DNA of 25,645 nt from a virus (lineage: Duplodnaviria; Caudoviricetes): the IMG/VR virus record IMGVR_UViG_3300044951_000026, positions 1 to 25,645 of that record; one strand, written 5' to 3'. The position numbers and the translations under genes are program-made. Below, in pieces: positions 17,565 through 24,930 of this stretch; position 1 is the first letter of the stretch; each line of letters opens with the position of its first letter. The notes beneath the pieces were generated by a model that had not been told where the DNA came from, did no database searches, and saw only the letters and a list, made by a program, of their open reading frames with translations.

Positions 17565-19646
17565 TCAAATAGCCCGTTCTGTTGTTTCCGCACTTGCATT
17601 GTGTAGTGTTTCTTTGTGCATTGTGGCCAACAACATAGCTATTTCAGCTTTCATGCGCTCAATTTCTAATTTTGTCTGCGAATTGATGACCGTATCATTT
17701 GCTTGGCCATCCACACGCATTTGCATTTCAGCGCGGTCACTTTGTTCACGCAATTCAGCCTCATTAGCCCTGCCTGTCTCTTTCATCAGGGTGCGCTTAG
17801 TCTCTGAGTCTTGGCGTAATTGCTCAACGTCCATGCGGTTTTTCAGCAACAAATCTCTAGCCTGAAGCGCCTGTGTAAGTTCCTGAATCTGCTTCTGTGA
17901 CATAGCCAGTTGCATTTGAACTTGGGGCGGCACTTTAGATTTATCGTCAATCTGAGCCATTGGGTTAGAGGCGGCAAGGCGGTCAGCAATAATGTCCGCG
18001 CCCGGCCAATCCATGTTCCTAAACACCAAGTCTCCAGCCACTTGCATCAATTCTGGTGCGGCTGACAACAATGGAAGCATATTGTCCACAGCTTCCTGAC
18101 GTTTGCTGTTGTAGCCCGGCCCTGTCTCCATGACTACATCATATTGACCCACAGAAATGTCGTTCAATACGCGGCCAACAGAGTCACGCTGGTTAATGGT
18201 CAACAGTTCTGGCTTGCCATCGTCACCAATGATTCGCATAACACGCTCTGTGTCGTAAATCTTAGGTATCAAATCTAAGCAAATTTTGCCAATGTGACTG
18301 ATTGAACGGGTAAGGTTGTCGTAATAGTCAAAGTTTGTCAGGTCAACTTGTTGTTGCTGGCCATTTAATGCTTTGCCTGAAATGTTGCCTTGACCAAGTT
18401 GTGCAGGGTCAAACACACCCATGATTGCTTTAATGTCGTTATCCACGCCCATAGCCGCGGCCATGATTCCCGCTTGTGGCGGCTCTGGTTGTAGGCGAAC
18501 TGGTGCGGGTGCAGGGCGACCGTCAATGTCAGTCTGTTTGTAGCGCAGAAGTGGGAATGACTTGATGTTGGCATTTGACCAATCGTTCTCATGTCCTTCA
18601 TCTTGACCTTCAGCAAGCAACCATTTGGCTTTAGGGGCTAGTGCCACGCCTTCTGTGATAGAAGTCTGCCAAAAGTTATACATACGTTGTGGGTCTTTGG
18701 CATAGCGAATCATGCCAAACTTTTTGCGCTTGTCACCAATGACAATGTGTCTGCCATAGACGGGAACAATCGGAATGTATTTGCCCGCCCAATCACGTTC
18801 TTCAAGCACTTCAACCGCGGTCATCTTGCAATACTTGATTGTTTTCTTGAATGAATCGCGTTTGTCAATTACCGTGATGCCGTAAGCGTCAAGGCGTTTA
18901 AAAAAGTCTTTGTCATCAGCAAAAGTAGCTGAACCATCGCTCAAAAGATAAAGCGTAGCCTTTTCTCTGACGGTGTAGTAATACTCAGCAAGGCGAATAT
19001 CCTCTTTGGTGATCCACTCAGACTGTGAGTCGCCTGTGCCGCGTTGTGTAAAACTTGTGCCGCCATCATCAGCGTCTGGGTATAGTTTGCGGAATTCCTC
19101 TTTCAGCATCATTGTTGTAATTAAGCAACGGTCAGCGTCAGAGCCATCAGGCGCTACTGAATTGGGGTCAAAGTACACCGTGAATGGGTTATCCACAGGG
19201 TCAATGTAGATTTCCTGATCAAAGGAATCCTCTGAAATGTAGTCAGTTCTGACCCGCATATAGCCCCAACCCATGCGAACAGCGTATTCAAACGCATTGT
19301 CATAGGCGTGATCAGCATTGGAATTGACTTCAATGTGGCGAATGATGCCGCTAATCGTCTGTGCATCAACCATGTCCTCATGCGTATTTGTGGCATGAAC
19401 TTTGATGCGGGGGCGTTGCTGGCGCTGTTGGTTTGAGACTTGGCGGCAATAGTTGTCCACCTTGTTCACCGTGATGACAGGGCGGGATTCAAGATTGCGT
19501 GAGTTTTGCAGTTCTACAGGCCATTGATCACCAGCGCCAAACTTCAAATCTTCAAGCGCTTCCTGACGATTCATTGTGTCTGCATCGTTTGCAAACTTTA
19601 AGAAGTCAATTGCTTCCTGAATTCGTGAGTCGTAATCATCAGCCAT
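17565..19646 (-). CDS. Portal protein (P22 gp1-like), 693 aa
   Basis: EDLKFGAGDQW, RPVITVNK, YIPIVPVYG, AKDPQRMYNFW, SGKALNGQQQQ, VGQYDVVMETGPGYNSKRQE and a long helical C-terminal barrel. Confidence 0.95.
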   Translation of the reverse strand: MADDYDSRIQEAIDFLKFANDADTMNRQEALEDLKFGAGDQWPVELQNSRNLESRPVITVNKVDNYCRQVSNQQRQQRPRIKVHATNTHEDMVDAQTISGIIRHIEVNSNADHAYDNAFEYAVRMGWGYMRVRTDYISEDSFDQEIYIDPVDNPFTVYFDPNSVAPDGSDADRCLITTMMLKEEFRKLYPDADDGGTSFTQRGTGDSQSEWITKEDIRLAEYYYTVREKATLYLLSDGSATFADDKDFFKRLDAYGITVIDKRDSFKKTIKYCKMTAVEVLEERDWAGKYIPIVPVYGRHIVIGDKRKKFGMIRYAKDPQRMYNFWQTSITEGVALAPKAKWLLAEGQDEGHENDWSNANIKSFPLLRYKQTDIDGRPAPAPVRLQPEPPQAGIMAAAMGVDNDIKAIMGVFDPAQLGQGNISGKALNGQQQQVDLTNFDYYDNLTRSISHIGKICLDLIPKIYDTERVMRIIGDDGKPELLTINQRDSVGRVLNDISVGQYDVVMETGPGYNSKRQEAVDNMLPLLSAAPELMQVAGDLVFRNMDWPGADIIADRLAASNPMAQIDDKSKVPPQVQMQLAMSQKQIQELTQALQARDLLLKNRMDVEQLRQDSETKRTLMKETGRANEAELREQSDRAEMQMRVDGQANDTVINSQTKLEIERMKAEIAMLLATMHKETLHNASAETTERAI

Positions 19647-19675
19647 GATGTTGCCCTAAGTGATTTTGTGCCATT

Positions 19676-20959
19676 TTAACTCATCCATGAGTGTTGGCTA
19701 CCATAATTTGCGGTAGGTCTAGGCTTTCTGGCTTGTCTAGGCTCATTGACCATCAGACCAATATACCTAAACGCATCAGCGCCATGTGAATAATTGTCGT
19801 GCAAAGGCGTTTTGCTGAATTGCTTAGTGTCTGGGTCAACATCGTAACGGTAATGCCGTAGGCATTGCAAGCCTTCGTGACAGTTTTCACGGTCAAACCA
19901 CATATTTGTAAACAATGTTCTAGCCGCATTGATTGAATCCATGATGGGCGTTCTAGGGATTATCTTGGTTTTGTAACCCGCACCCCTTACGATTTCCTCA
20001 ATGCTTCTACCGTTTGCCGCCAATGTCTTGTTTTCAGCGTCATGCGGTAGCCAAAGGGTGTCGTACATATACCCAAAGGTCTGCATCTTGGCTAGGTAGT
20101 CGCTCATGGTCTGCTGATTGCCCTCAATGTAGCGAATTAAGCGGGTTTCCATGCCCACAAACTGTAAGAACCAGATTGCCGTAGCGTCTGACCAACCAAG
20201 GTCAAAAATGGCGTGAACGGGCTTTGTGGCATCGTAGTTGACTTTAGTAATGCGCCCATCTAACTCAGCCAATTGCATTTCTCTGGCAAAAATAGCGCCA
20301 TCTACTGTTTGTCGGCATAAACCTTCCCAAACCACGTTATAAGCCTGTGGATCACGGTGTTTAAGCGCATCCTTTTCAAGTTTCAGCGTTTCGGGAAACC
20401 AAGGGTTATCTGACCAATTGACCTTTTGAACAATGCAATCCTCTGGCGGGTTAGCCACAAACCGCTGGTAAGTCTCATCAGTCTCCAACTCAGGGTTGAA
20501 CGTGATCCAGATTTCAGACTTTTCCTTACGAATTGTTGGAATCAGGACGTTCCACGACATACGGCTGGTTGTCTGGGCTTCCTCAACCCAACACACATCA
20601 ACACCCTCATAGGATTTGACGTTGGCCACATTGTTCTTTAGACCCACAAAGCTGAACTCTGTGCCATTCTTGCCCCTAATGCTTGTCTGAGTGATTTCGT
20701 AAAAGCCAAGTAATCCTAATGCCTCAATCTGGTCACACAATAACTTGTGGACTGAGTCTTTGATAGATGTTTGGAATTCACGGGCGCAAAGCACTCTTAA
20801 CGGGGCTTGTGCGCCTTTAATCAGCAAAGCCCTAGCAACCCCCCATGACTTTGCCCCGCCTCGCCCACCGTATAAGACTTTGTAACGGGATGGCTTAAAC
20901 AGGCACTCTAGCTTGAGTGGAAACTCAGCCTTTGCAATAGCCTGATTAACTTCACTCAC
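19676..20959 (-). CDS. terL: Terminase large subunit, PBSX family, 427 aa
   Basis: Walker A GGRGGAKS, CAREFQTSIKDSV, Walker B WVEEAQ, nuclease DLGWSD and HGADAFRY. Confidence 0.97.
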   Translation of the reverse strand: MSEVNQAIAKAEFPLKLECLFKPSRYKVLYGGRGGAKSWGVARALLIKGAQAPLRVLCAREFQTSIKDSVHKLLCDQIEALGLLGFYEITQTSIRGKNGTEFSFVGLKNNVANVKSYEGVDVCWVEEAQTTSRMSWNVLIPTIRKEKSEIWITFNPELETDETYQRFVANPPEDCIVQKVNWSDNPWFPETLKLEKDALKHRDPQAYNVVWEGLCRQTVDGAIFAREMQLAELDGRITKVNYDATKPVHAIFDLGWSDATAIWFLQFVGMETRLIRYIEGNQQTMSDYLAKMQTFGYMYDTLWLPHDAENKTLAANGRSIEEIVRGAGYKTKIIPRTPIMDSINAARTLFTNMWFDRENCHEGLQCLRHYRYDVDPDTKQFSKTPLHDNYSHGADAFRYIGLMVNEPRQARKPRPTANYGSQHSWMS

Positions 20960-21362
20960 TTGGCTTCACAAATGAAACTTGAATGCCAGCCAACAATGGT
21001 GCGCCATCAGCGCCTGTAATTTCTTGTTTGACTTGCTCACGATACTTTTTAGGGAATCTTGCCGCCATAGACCGTGACCAAATAGAAGCGTTTATCTTGT
21101 CACTCTCTTTGTTCTCAATCATGTGGGTTTGGGCTATATCTTCCCACCATTGCAGTTCAAACTCTTTTGCCATATCCAAGGCGTGTAAAAATTCTTCGTG
21201 CTGATCACGCCAGTTGTATAAAGTTTTAGTTCCTACACCCAAAATAGCACCAATTGCCTCAACGCTCTTACCGATCTTGCCCAATGCAACTACTTCCTCA
21301 CAATATTTGGGATCGTAGAGGGATGGGCGACCAACAGGGCGTTTTTCGGTTGTTTCAGTCAT
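20952..21362 (-). CDS. terS: Terminase small subunit, 136 aa
   Basis: GRPSLY N-terminus, HTH (VEAIGAILGVGTKTLYNW), C-terminal EITGADGAPL; overlaps terL. Confidence 0.9.
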   Translation of the reverse strand: MTETTEKRPVGRPSLYDPKYCEEVVALGKIGKSVEAIGAILGVGTKTLYNWRDQHEEFLHALDMAKEFELQWWEDIAQTHMIENKESDKINASIWSRSMAARFPKKYREQVKQEITGADGAPLLAGIQVSFVKPSE

Positions 21363-22333
21363 TTAATGGCTTGGTTGTTGCGTTCTAGGATAGATAACTG
21401 ATCAGGGTCAAAAACGACAAAGTTTCTAGTCCCTTTGTTGGCTTCCCTACTCATTTGGTCAAAATACTTAATGCCTGTCAGACCTTGTTGTTGCATGATC
21501 TTTGAGCCAGCAGAACCTTTGCCCACCTTGATCAATAGATCACCACCCAAATCATCTAATGAAACGCCATATTTTTTTGCCAATGCCTGAACTTCAGGAA
21601 TTTGCTGTTTTAGTGGCGCATCAAAATCTAGCATCTTGGTAATGTGTTGATCTGGCAAATCCACCTTATAAAAATTAGGTTGCTCAATGATCCCCTTAAA
21701 TTTGCTCATGTCTATGTTATTTGCAAACTTAGCAAACTCAGGGCCACCGTATTCTGGCGTTTTGTATTCATCCAGCAAAGCCTGTGGATGCCTTCTGGTC
21801 ATCAATTGTTCCCAAAACCCTAACTCAGCATTTATTTCATTGATTTTTTCTTTTGGCGCTTTCTGACGATAAGCCATGTCTTGCTTGCGTTGGGCTTCGT
21901 CATACCAAGTTTCAATGTTTCTGCCTTTGTATTTGGTTTTAGCAGGGTCAAGCGTCATTCCAGCGGTTGAATATTCTCTTGCCACTTGTGGATTTTCGGC
22001 CACATACATTCCATAACCATAGCTTTGGTTGCCTTCGCCTGTACCAATTTTGGAATTATCAAACTTAGTGAATGGGTGTCTGCTACCGTGATAAACAGTC
22101 ATTCCAAGCGGGTTGTAAGAACTAGCCATTTGTTTGGCTAATGCTTGAGTCTTTGGCCCGTAATTCATGCCCTCTGACGCTGTGGCATCGTATAACTGAT
22201 CCCTCGCGGCATTTGCCCTGTCCATGCCGTAACCAGCAATTTGCTGTAGGCTTGCACCGGGGTTGCGTATAAAGTCAGACCCTTTGCGTTTAGCAGAGTC
22301 AATGGCGCTGTATATGTCGGCTAGTGTTGGCAT
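21359..22333 (-). CDS. ART-PolyVal-like (ADP-ribosyltransferase-fold) protein with N-terminal leader, 324 aa
   Basis: VYHGS-x-HPFTKFD-x-SKIGTGEG-x-Q-x-YG-x-G-x-Y-x-AE-x-P-x-VA-x-x-Y, YKVD, GIKYFD and NFVVFD match the domain found in phage/plasmid polyvalent proteins. Confidence 0.7.
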   Translation of the reverse strand: MPTLADIYSAIDSAKRKGSDFIRNPGASLQQIAGYGMDRANAARDQLYDATASEGMNYGPKTQALAKQMASSYNPLGMTVYHGSRHPFTKFDNSKIGTGEGNQSYGYGMYVAENPQVAREYSTAGMTLDPAKTKYKGRNIETWYDEAQRKQDMAYRQKAPKEKINEINAELGFWEQLMTRRHPQALLDEYKTPEYGGPEFAKFANNIDMSKFKGIIEQPNFYKVDLPDQHITKMLDFDAPLKQQIPEVQALAKKYGVSLDDLGGDLLIKVGKGSAGSKIMQQQGLTGIKYFDQMSREANKGTRNFVVFDPDQLSILERNNQAIK

Positions 22334-22345
22334 AGTGCCACTAAT

Positions 22346-22495
22346 TTACTCGGTTTCGGCTGGCTTTTCAACCAAAAGTTGTCTTAGCCATGCTTCATTC
22401 TCGGCAATAGCGCCTGAAATAGCGTGAAAGTTGGCCAGCATTTGTTCTTTTTGCTTCTCAAGGTCAGCAATTCGGGCTTTTACTTGCTCGATCAT
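22346..22495 (-). CDS. Small coiled-coil protein, 49 aa
   Basis: Not in the ORF track: MIEQVKARIADLEKQKEQMLANFHAISGAIAENEAWLRQLLVEKPAETE; ATGA overlap with the upstream gene. Confidence 0.7.
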   Translation of the reverse strand: MIEQVKARIADLEKQKEQMLANFHAISGAIAENEAWLRQLLVEKPAETE

Positions 22496-22635
22496 TTCTT
22501 TTTATCCTTTTTAGCGGCTTCACGCTTTTCTGAGTAAGCAATCGCAATGGCTTGTTTAATTGGTTTGCCAGCCTTTACTTCCGCTTTAATGTTCTTTTTA
22601 AACGCTTCGGGGGATTTAGATTTAATCAATGGCAT
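22492..22635 (-). CDS. Small Lys-rich protein, 47 aa
   Basis: Not in the ORF track: MPLIKSKSPEAFKKNIKAEVKAGKPIKQAIAIAYSEKREAAKKDKKK; TAATG overlap; KQAIAIAYS motif recurs in small phage late proteins. Confidence 0.8.
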   Translation of the reverse strand: MPLIKSKSPEAFKKNIKAEVKAGKPIKQAIAIAYSEKREAAKKDKKK

Positions 22636-22907
22636 TAGCAGTTCCAGTTCTTGAGTGATGCCTTGGCACGTTCTGCTGGCCCTTTGGCGTTCTTAACCAC
22701 ACCTTCCATTCGGGCGCAAAAACTTGCTTTACGACCTTCATCCTTCTTTGTTTTAGGATTTGGCGCTGGCGGCTTTAAATTTGAATTGTTCTTGGCGTTG
22801 TACTCAGCGCGACCCTTGGCGGTCATTCCCGCACCCTTTTCTGTCGGGTTATAGGTTTTATCCTTACCCGTAGTCTTGTGCGGGATGGGCTTATCGTGCT
22901 TGGCCAT
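22635..22907 (-). CDS. Basic protein, DUF6321-like, 90 aa
   Basis: G(M)TAKGR...NLKPPAP...RKASFCARM...SLKNWNC motif. Confidence 0.75.
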   Translation of the reverse strand: MAKHDKPIPHKTTGKDKTYNPTEKGAGMTAKGRAEYNAKNNSNLKPPAPNPKTKKDEGRKASFCARMEGVVKNAKGPAERAKASLKNWNC

Positions 22908-22909
22908 GA

Positions 22910-23074
22910 TTATTTCTTTGCGGTTTTGGCTGATTGTTTAAATGCTTCAGCCGTAGGTGCGCCCTTTGAGCCGGGCGTTCTCATACGCTCTACGGGTTTG
23001 CCCTCTGCCTTTTGGCGCTCGATACGCTCTTGCTTTTTGTGGATGTTGGCATACAAGCCGGGTTTAGTCGCCAT
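22910..23074 (-). CDS. Small basic protein, 54 aa
   Basis: Not in the ORF track: MATKPGLYANIHKKQERIERQKAEGKPVERMRTPGSKGAPTAEAFKQSAKTAKK; GAGGAG RBS; fills the gap between GroES and the DUF6321-like gene. Confidence 0.8.
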   Translation of the reverse strand: MATKPGLYANIHKKQERIERQKAEGKPVERMRTPGSKGAPTAEAFKQSAKTAKK

Positions 23075-23076
23075 GT

Positions 23077-23358
23077 TTACTCCTCAATTACAAAACAAAC
23101 ATCTTGCCAACTCATTTTGAGTAAGCGCTCATCATTGTGCTTGATTTCCTCAAACTTTAGGTATTCGTCTTTATAGTCTTTGTGGAATGTGCCAAACGCA
23201 ATCTTGTCACCAATGTTTAGACCCTCGGCATGGGCTTCTGGGCCTACCGCTATAACCGTCCCGCGGCTTTCAGCTTCTGCTGATTGGAAATAGATTGTGC
23301 TTTGAATGCGTTGTTCAGGACGCACCAGAATTTTATCTTTGAGTGGTTGCAAATTCAT
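23077..23358 (-). CDS. groES: Divergent GroES-like co-chaperonin, 93 aa
   Basis: LQPLKDKILVRP...GTVIAVGP...LNIGDKIAF...LLKMSWQDVCFVIE follows the Cpn10 pattern. Confidence 0.82.
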   Translation of the reverse strand: MNLQPLKDKILVRPEQRIQSTIYFQSAEAESRGTVIAVGPEAHAEGLNIGDKIAFGTFHKDYKDEYLKFEEIKHNDERLLKMSWQDVCFVIEE

Positions 23359-23573
23359 TTTGCACCCTTTGCTGGTCTGCCACGTTTCTTTGGCAAAAAA
23401 GCACCCGCCTCTGGGACGGGTAAAACATCCTCCGTTGGGACGATGGCAACTAACTCAAATTCACCGCACCACTCTGTGTAGTGACGGTTTTGGTAAGTGG
23501 GGTAGCGTCTGCATTGCCCCATCTGACCTATGTCATTAAAGTAAACACAAGCCTTACAATTCAAACCAGACAT
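23355..23573 (-). CDS. 4-Cys metal-binding protein with C-terminal AT-hook-like motif, 72 aa
   Basis: CKAC-x10-C-RRYP-x10-WCGEF and KKRGRPAK; AAGGA RBS; ATGA overlap with groES. Confidence 0.7.
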   Translation of the reverse strand: MSGLNCKACVYFNDIGQMGQCRRYPTYQNRHYTEWCGEFELVAIVPTEDVLPVPEAGAFLPKKRGRPAKGAK

Positions 23574-23601
23574 TTCAAATCCTTATCATTTGTGATGTTT
23601 A

Positions 23602-23637
23602 GAAGCCCATTCAGTCGTGCATGACTGTCTGGGTTTC
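23602..23637 (-). other. Long intergenic stem-loop with 2x2 purine internal loop
   Basis: mRNA GAAACCCA-GA-CAGUC-AUGCAC-GACUG-AA-UGGGCUUC (one A/C mismatch in the outer stem); no U-tract on the minus strand. Confidence 0.6.
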
Positions 23638-23642
23638 GCTTT

Positions 23643-23855
23643 TTAACGGTACTCTGATTTAGTTTTTGTGTAGCAAATGCCATTGGTGCGGCCAGTATTG
23701 AACTGGTGATCAGCACCCATCTTGTCCTCTTTACCCATAGCAACGCCACCGCGCATTTTTTCCATGCGTTCGCCTGTACGGTCAGACGATTCAGCACCTT
23801 TAGGGGGTGTTGCGCCAGTTGTGCTTTTAGCCATTGTTGTATCAGCTTTTCCCAT
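23643..23855 (-). CDS. Hypothetical protein, probable first gene of the late operon, 70 aa
   Basis: Start moved to ATG 23855 (AAGGAA RBS; the longer TTG start lies inside the promoter): MGKADTTMAKSTTG... Confidence 0.7.
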   Translation of the reverse strand: MGKADTTMAKSTTGATPPKGAESSDRTGERMEKMRGGVAMGKEDKMGADHQFNTGRTNGICYTKTKSEYR

Positions 23856-23883
23856 GATTTTTCCTTGCAAAGAATTTATGGTT

Positions 23884-23912
23884 TTGACTTTATGTCCAAT
23901 ATGGCACAATGT
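23884..23912 (+). promoter_or_regulatory. Overlapping rightward promoter for the plus-strand gene
   Basis: TTGACT at 23884-23889 with TG-G-CACAAT (extended -10 like) at 23902-23910, or CAATGT at 17-nt spacing. Confidence 0.5.
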
Positions 23913-23915
23913 CAA
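23887..23915 (-). promoter_or_regulatory. Sigma70-type promoter for the late operon
   Basis: TTGACA (23915-23910), 17-nt spacer, TAAAGT (23892-23887). Confidence 0.7.
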
Positions 23916-23938
23916 CCACCATTTTAACAGGATTTGTC

Positions 23939-24109
23939 ATGGCCACAAATTTTAAAATCACTTCTGCTAAATCTAGCACTCCTAAACAGCCTATGCACTA
24001 CGAAAAGGTTTCTGAGCATCGCGCTGAAATGTCCCGCATCAAAGCTGTGGAACAAGAACTAAAGCGCCATGAGGCTCAAGGCTTGGACAAGGCTCACAAG
24101 GGTAAGTGA
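23939..24109 (+). CDS. Small counter-oriented protein, 56 aa
   Basis: ATG 23939 with AGGA RBS 6 nt upstream: MATNFKITSAKSSTPKQPMHYEKVSEHRAEMSRIKAVEQELKRHEAQGLDKAHKGK; fills an otherwise empty gap. Confidence 0.7.
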   Translation: MATNFKITSAKSSTPKQPMHYEKVSEHRAEMSRIKAVEQELKRHEAQGLDKAHKGK

Positions 24110-24414
24110 GGAATTGGCACTTCTGGCGGCCATCTGTCCCCAAGTGCCTCAACCGTAGCAATGTGGGCTTTTTGCCACATTTCTTTGCGTTCATCTTTTG
24201 ATAGATGCGCCCCTTGGTCTATTTCGTAATGGCATTTAAGGCACAAAGCGGCCACTAGGTTGTCATCAGCCTTGATGCCCTTACCTTTGCCGCCACCCCA
24301 ATTGCTGTGAGCCGCTTGAACCCCGTTATCTATGCCACAGTTTTGACAGGCTAAACCCGCTACTAGCTTTAACAGTTTCTGGCTTCTCACATACTGGTGT
24401 TTCAGATATTGCAT
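24094..24414 (-). CDS. Zn-binding His-Me-finger-like nuclease-domain protein (DUF968/DUF1364-YbcO-like), 106 aa
   Basis: CQNC...AAHSN..GKGKGIKADD...LCLKCH..ID motif. Confidence 0.75.
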   Translation of the reverse strand: MQYLKHQYVRSQKLLKLVAGLACQNCGIDNGVQAAHSNWGGGKGKGIKADDNLVAALCLKCHYEIDQGAHLSKDERKEMWQKAHIATVEALGDRWPPEVPIPHLPL

Positions 24415-24532
24415 ATTCTTTGGTTTGGTATTTATGGCCGTTTTTGCATTCCCGCCTTCTCAGGATAAATTCGGGGTTTGCTCTTGTGTCTAAGACTTTG
24501 GCATTGCGTATCCCGCAAACTGGACACATCAT
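24326..24532 (-). CDS. NrdR N-terminal-like zinc-ribbon protein, 68 aa
   Basis: Start at ATG 24532 (ATGA overlap with ninB-like stop): MMCPVCG...KVLDTR...RRRECKNGHKYQTKE; no ATP-cone. Confidence 0.75.
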   Translation of the reverse strand: MMCPVCGIRNAKVLDTRANPEFILRRRECKNGHKYQTKEYAISETPVCEKPETVKASSGFSLSKLWHR

Positions 24533-24930
24533 GCTTCTATTCCTTTTTCTGCCATCCAGCACAAAAGCCATTCAATAAACTCTGAGCCTTCCTCTTTGGT
24601 GAATTTGTGGCTTTGTAGTCCTAGCTGAACAACCCTTTCCCCGTCTAGGCTTGGGGCAACCTTGCCAATCTTGCGCCCTGTTTCATGCGCCCATTGGTCA
24701 ATTAAAAGGCGCTTCCAATCGTCTGCTGTCCAAGTTGAGCCAACCACCTTCATGGCTTTATAAACCTTGTCAATCAGGGCGTGAAACATATCATTTTGGT
24801 CTGTGCTTCTGGTTGCCTTTTTGACTTCTAGGCGTAATTGCTTGCCAGCTTGCAGGGTTTCTTTGATTTTTGGCCACAAGTCTTTCAAAACTGTCTGGGC
24901 TTGCTGGCTGTTGTGCAGGGTAACAATCAT
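24529..24930 (-). CDS. ninB: NinB/Orf-like recombination protein, 133 aa
   Basis: RSTDQNDMFHALI...WTADDWK...PSLDG..VVQLG..SHKFTKEEGSEFIEWL; start moved to 24930 (GAGG RBS, ATGA overlap). Confidence 0.8.
   Translation of the reverse strand: MIVTLHNSQQAQTVLKDLWPKIKETLQAGKQLRLEVKKATRSTDQNDMFHALIDKVYKAMKVVGSTWTADDWKRLLIDQWAHETGRKIGKVAPSLDGERVVQLGLQSHKFTKEEGSEFIEWLLCWMAEKGIEA

Noticed and set aside
35-23955. Numerous plus-strand and alternate-frame ORFs in the track (e.g. 913-1227, 1851-2333, 4423-4767, 9712-10155, 12046-12423, 16135-16470)
   Set aside because: They are shadows of well-supported minus-strand genes, with no recognisable motifs; antisense openness is expected from Gly/Ala/Thr-rich coding.
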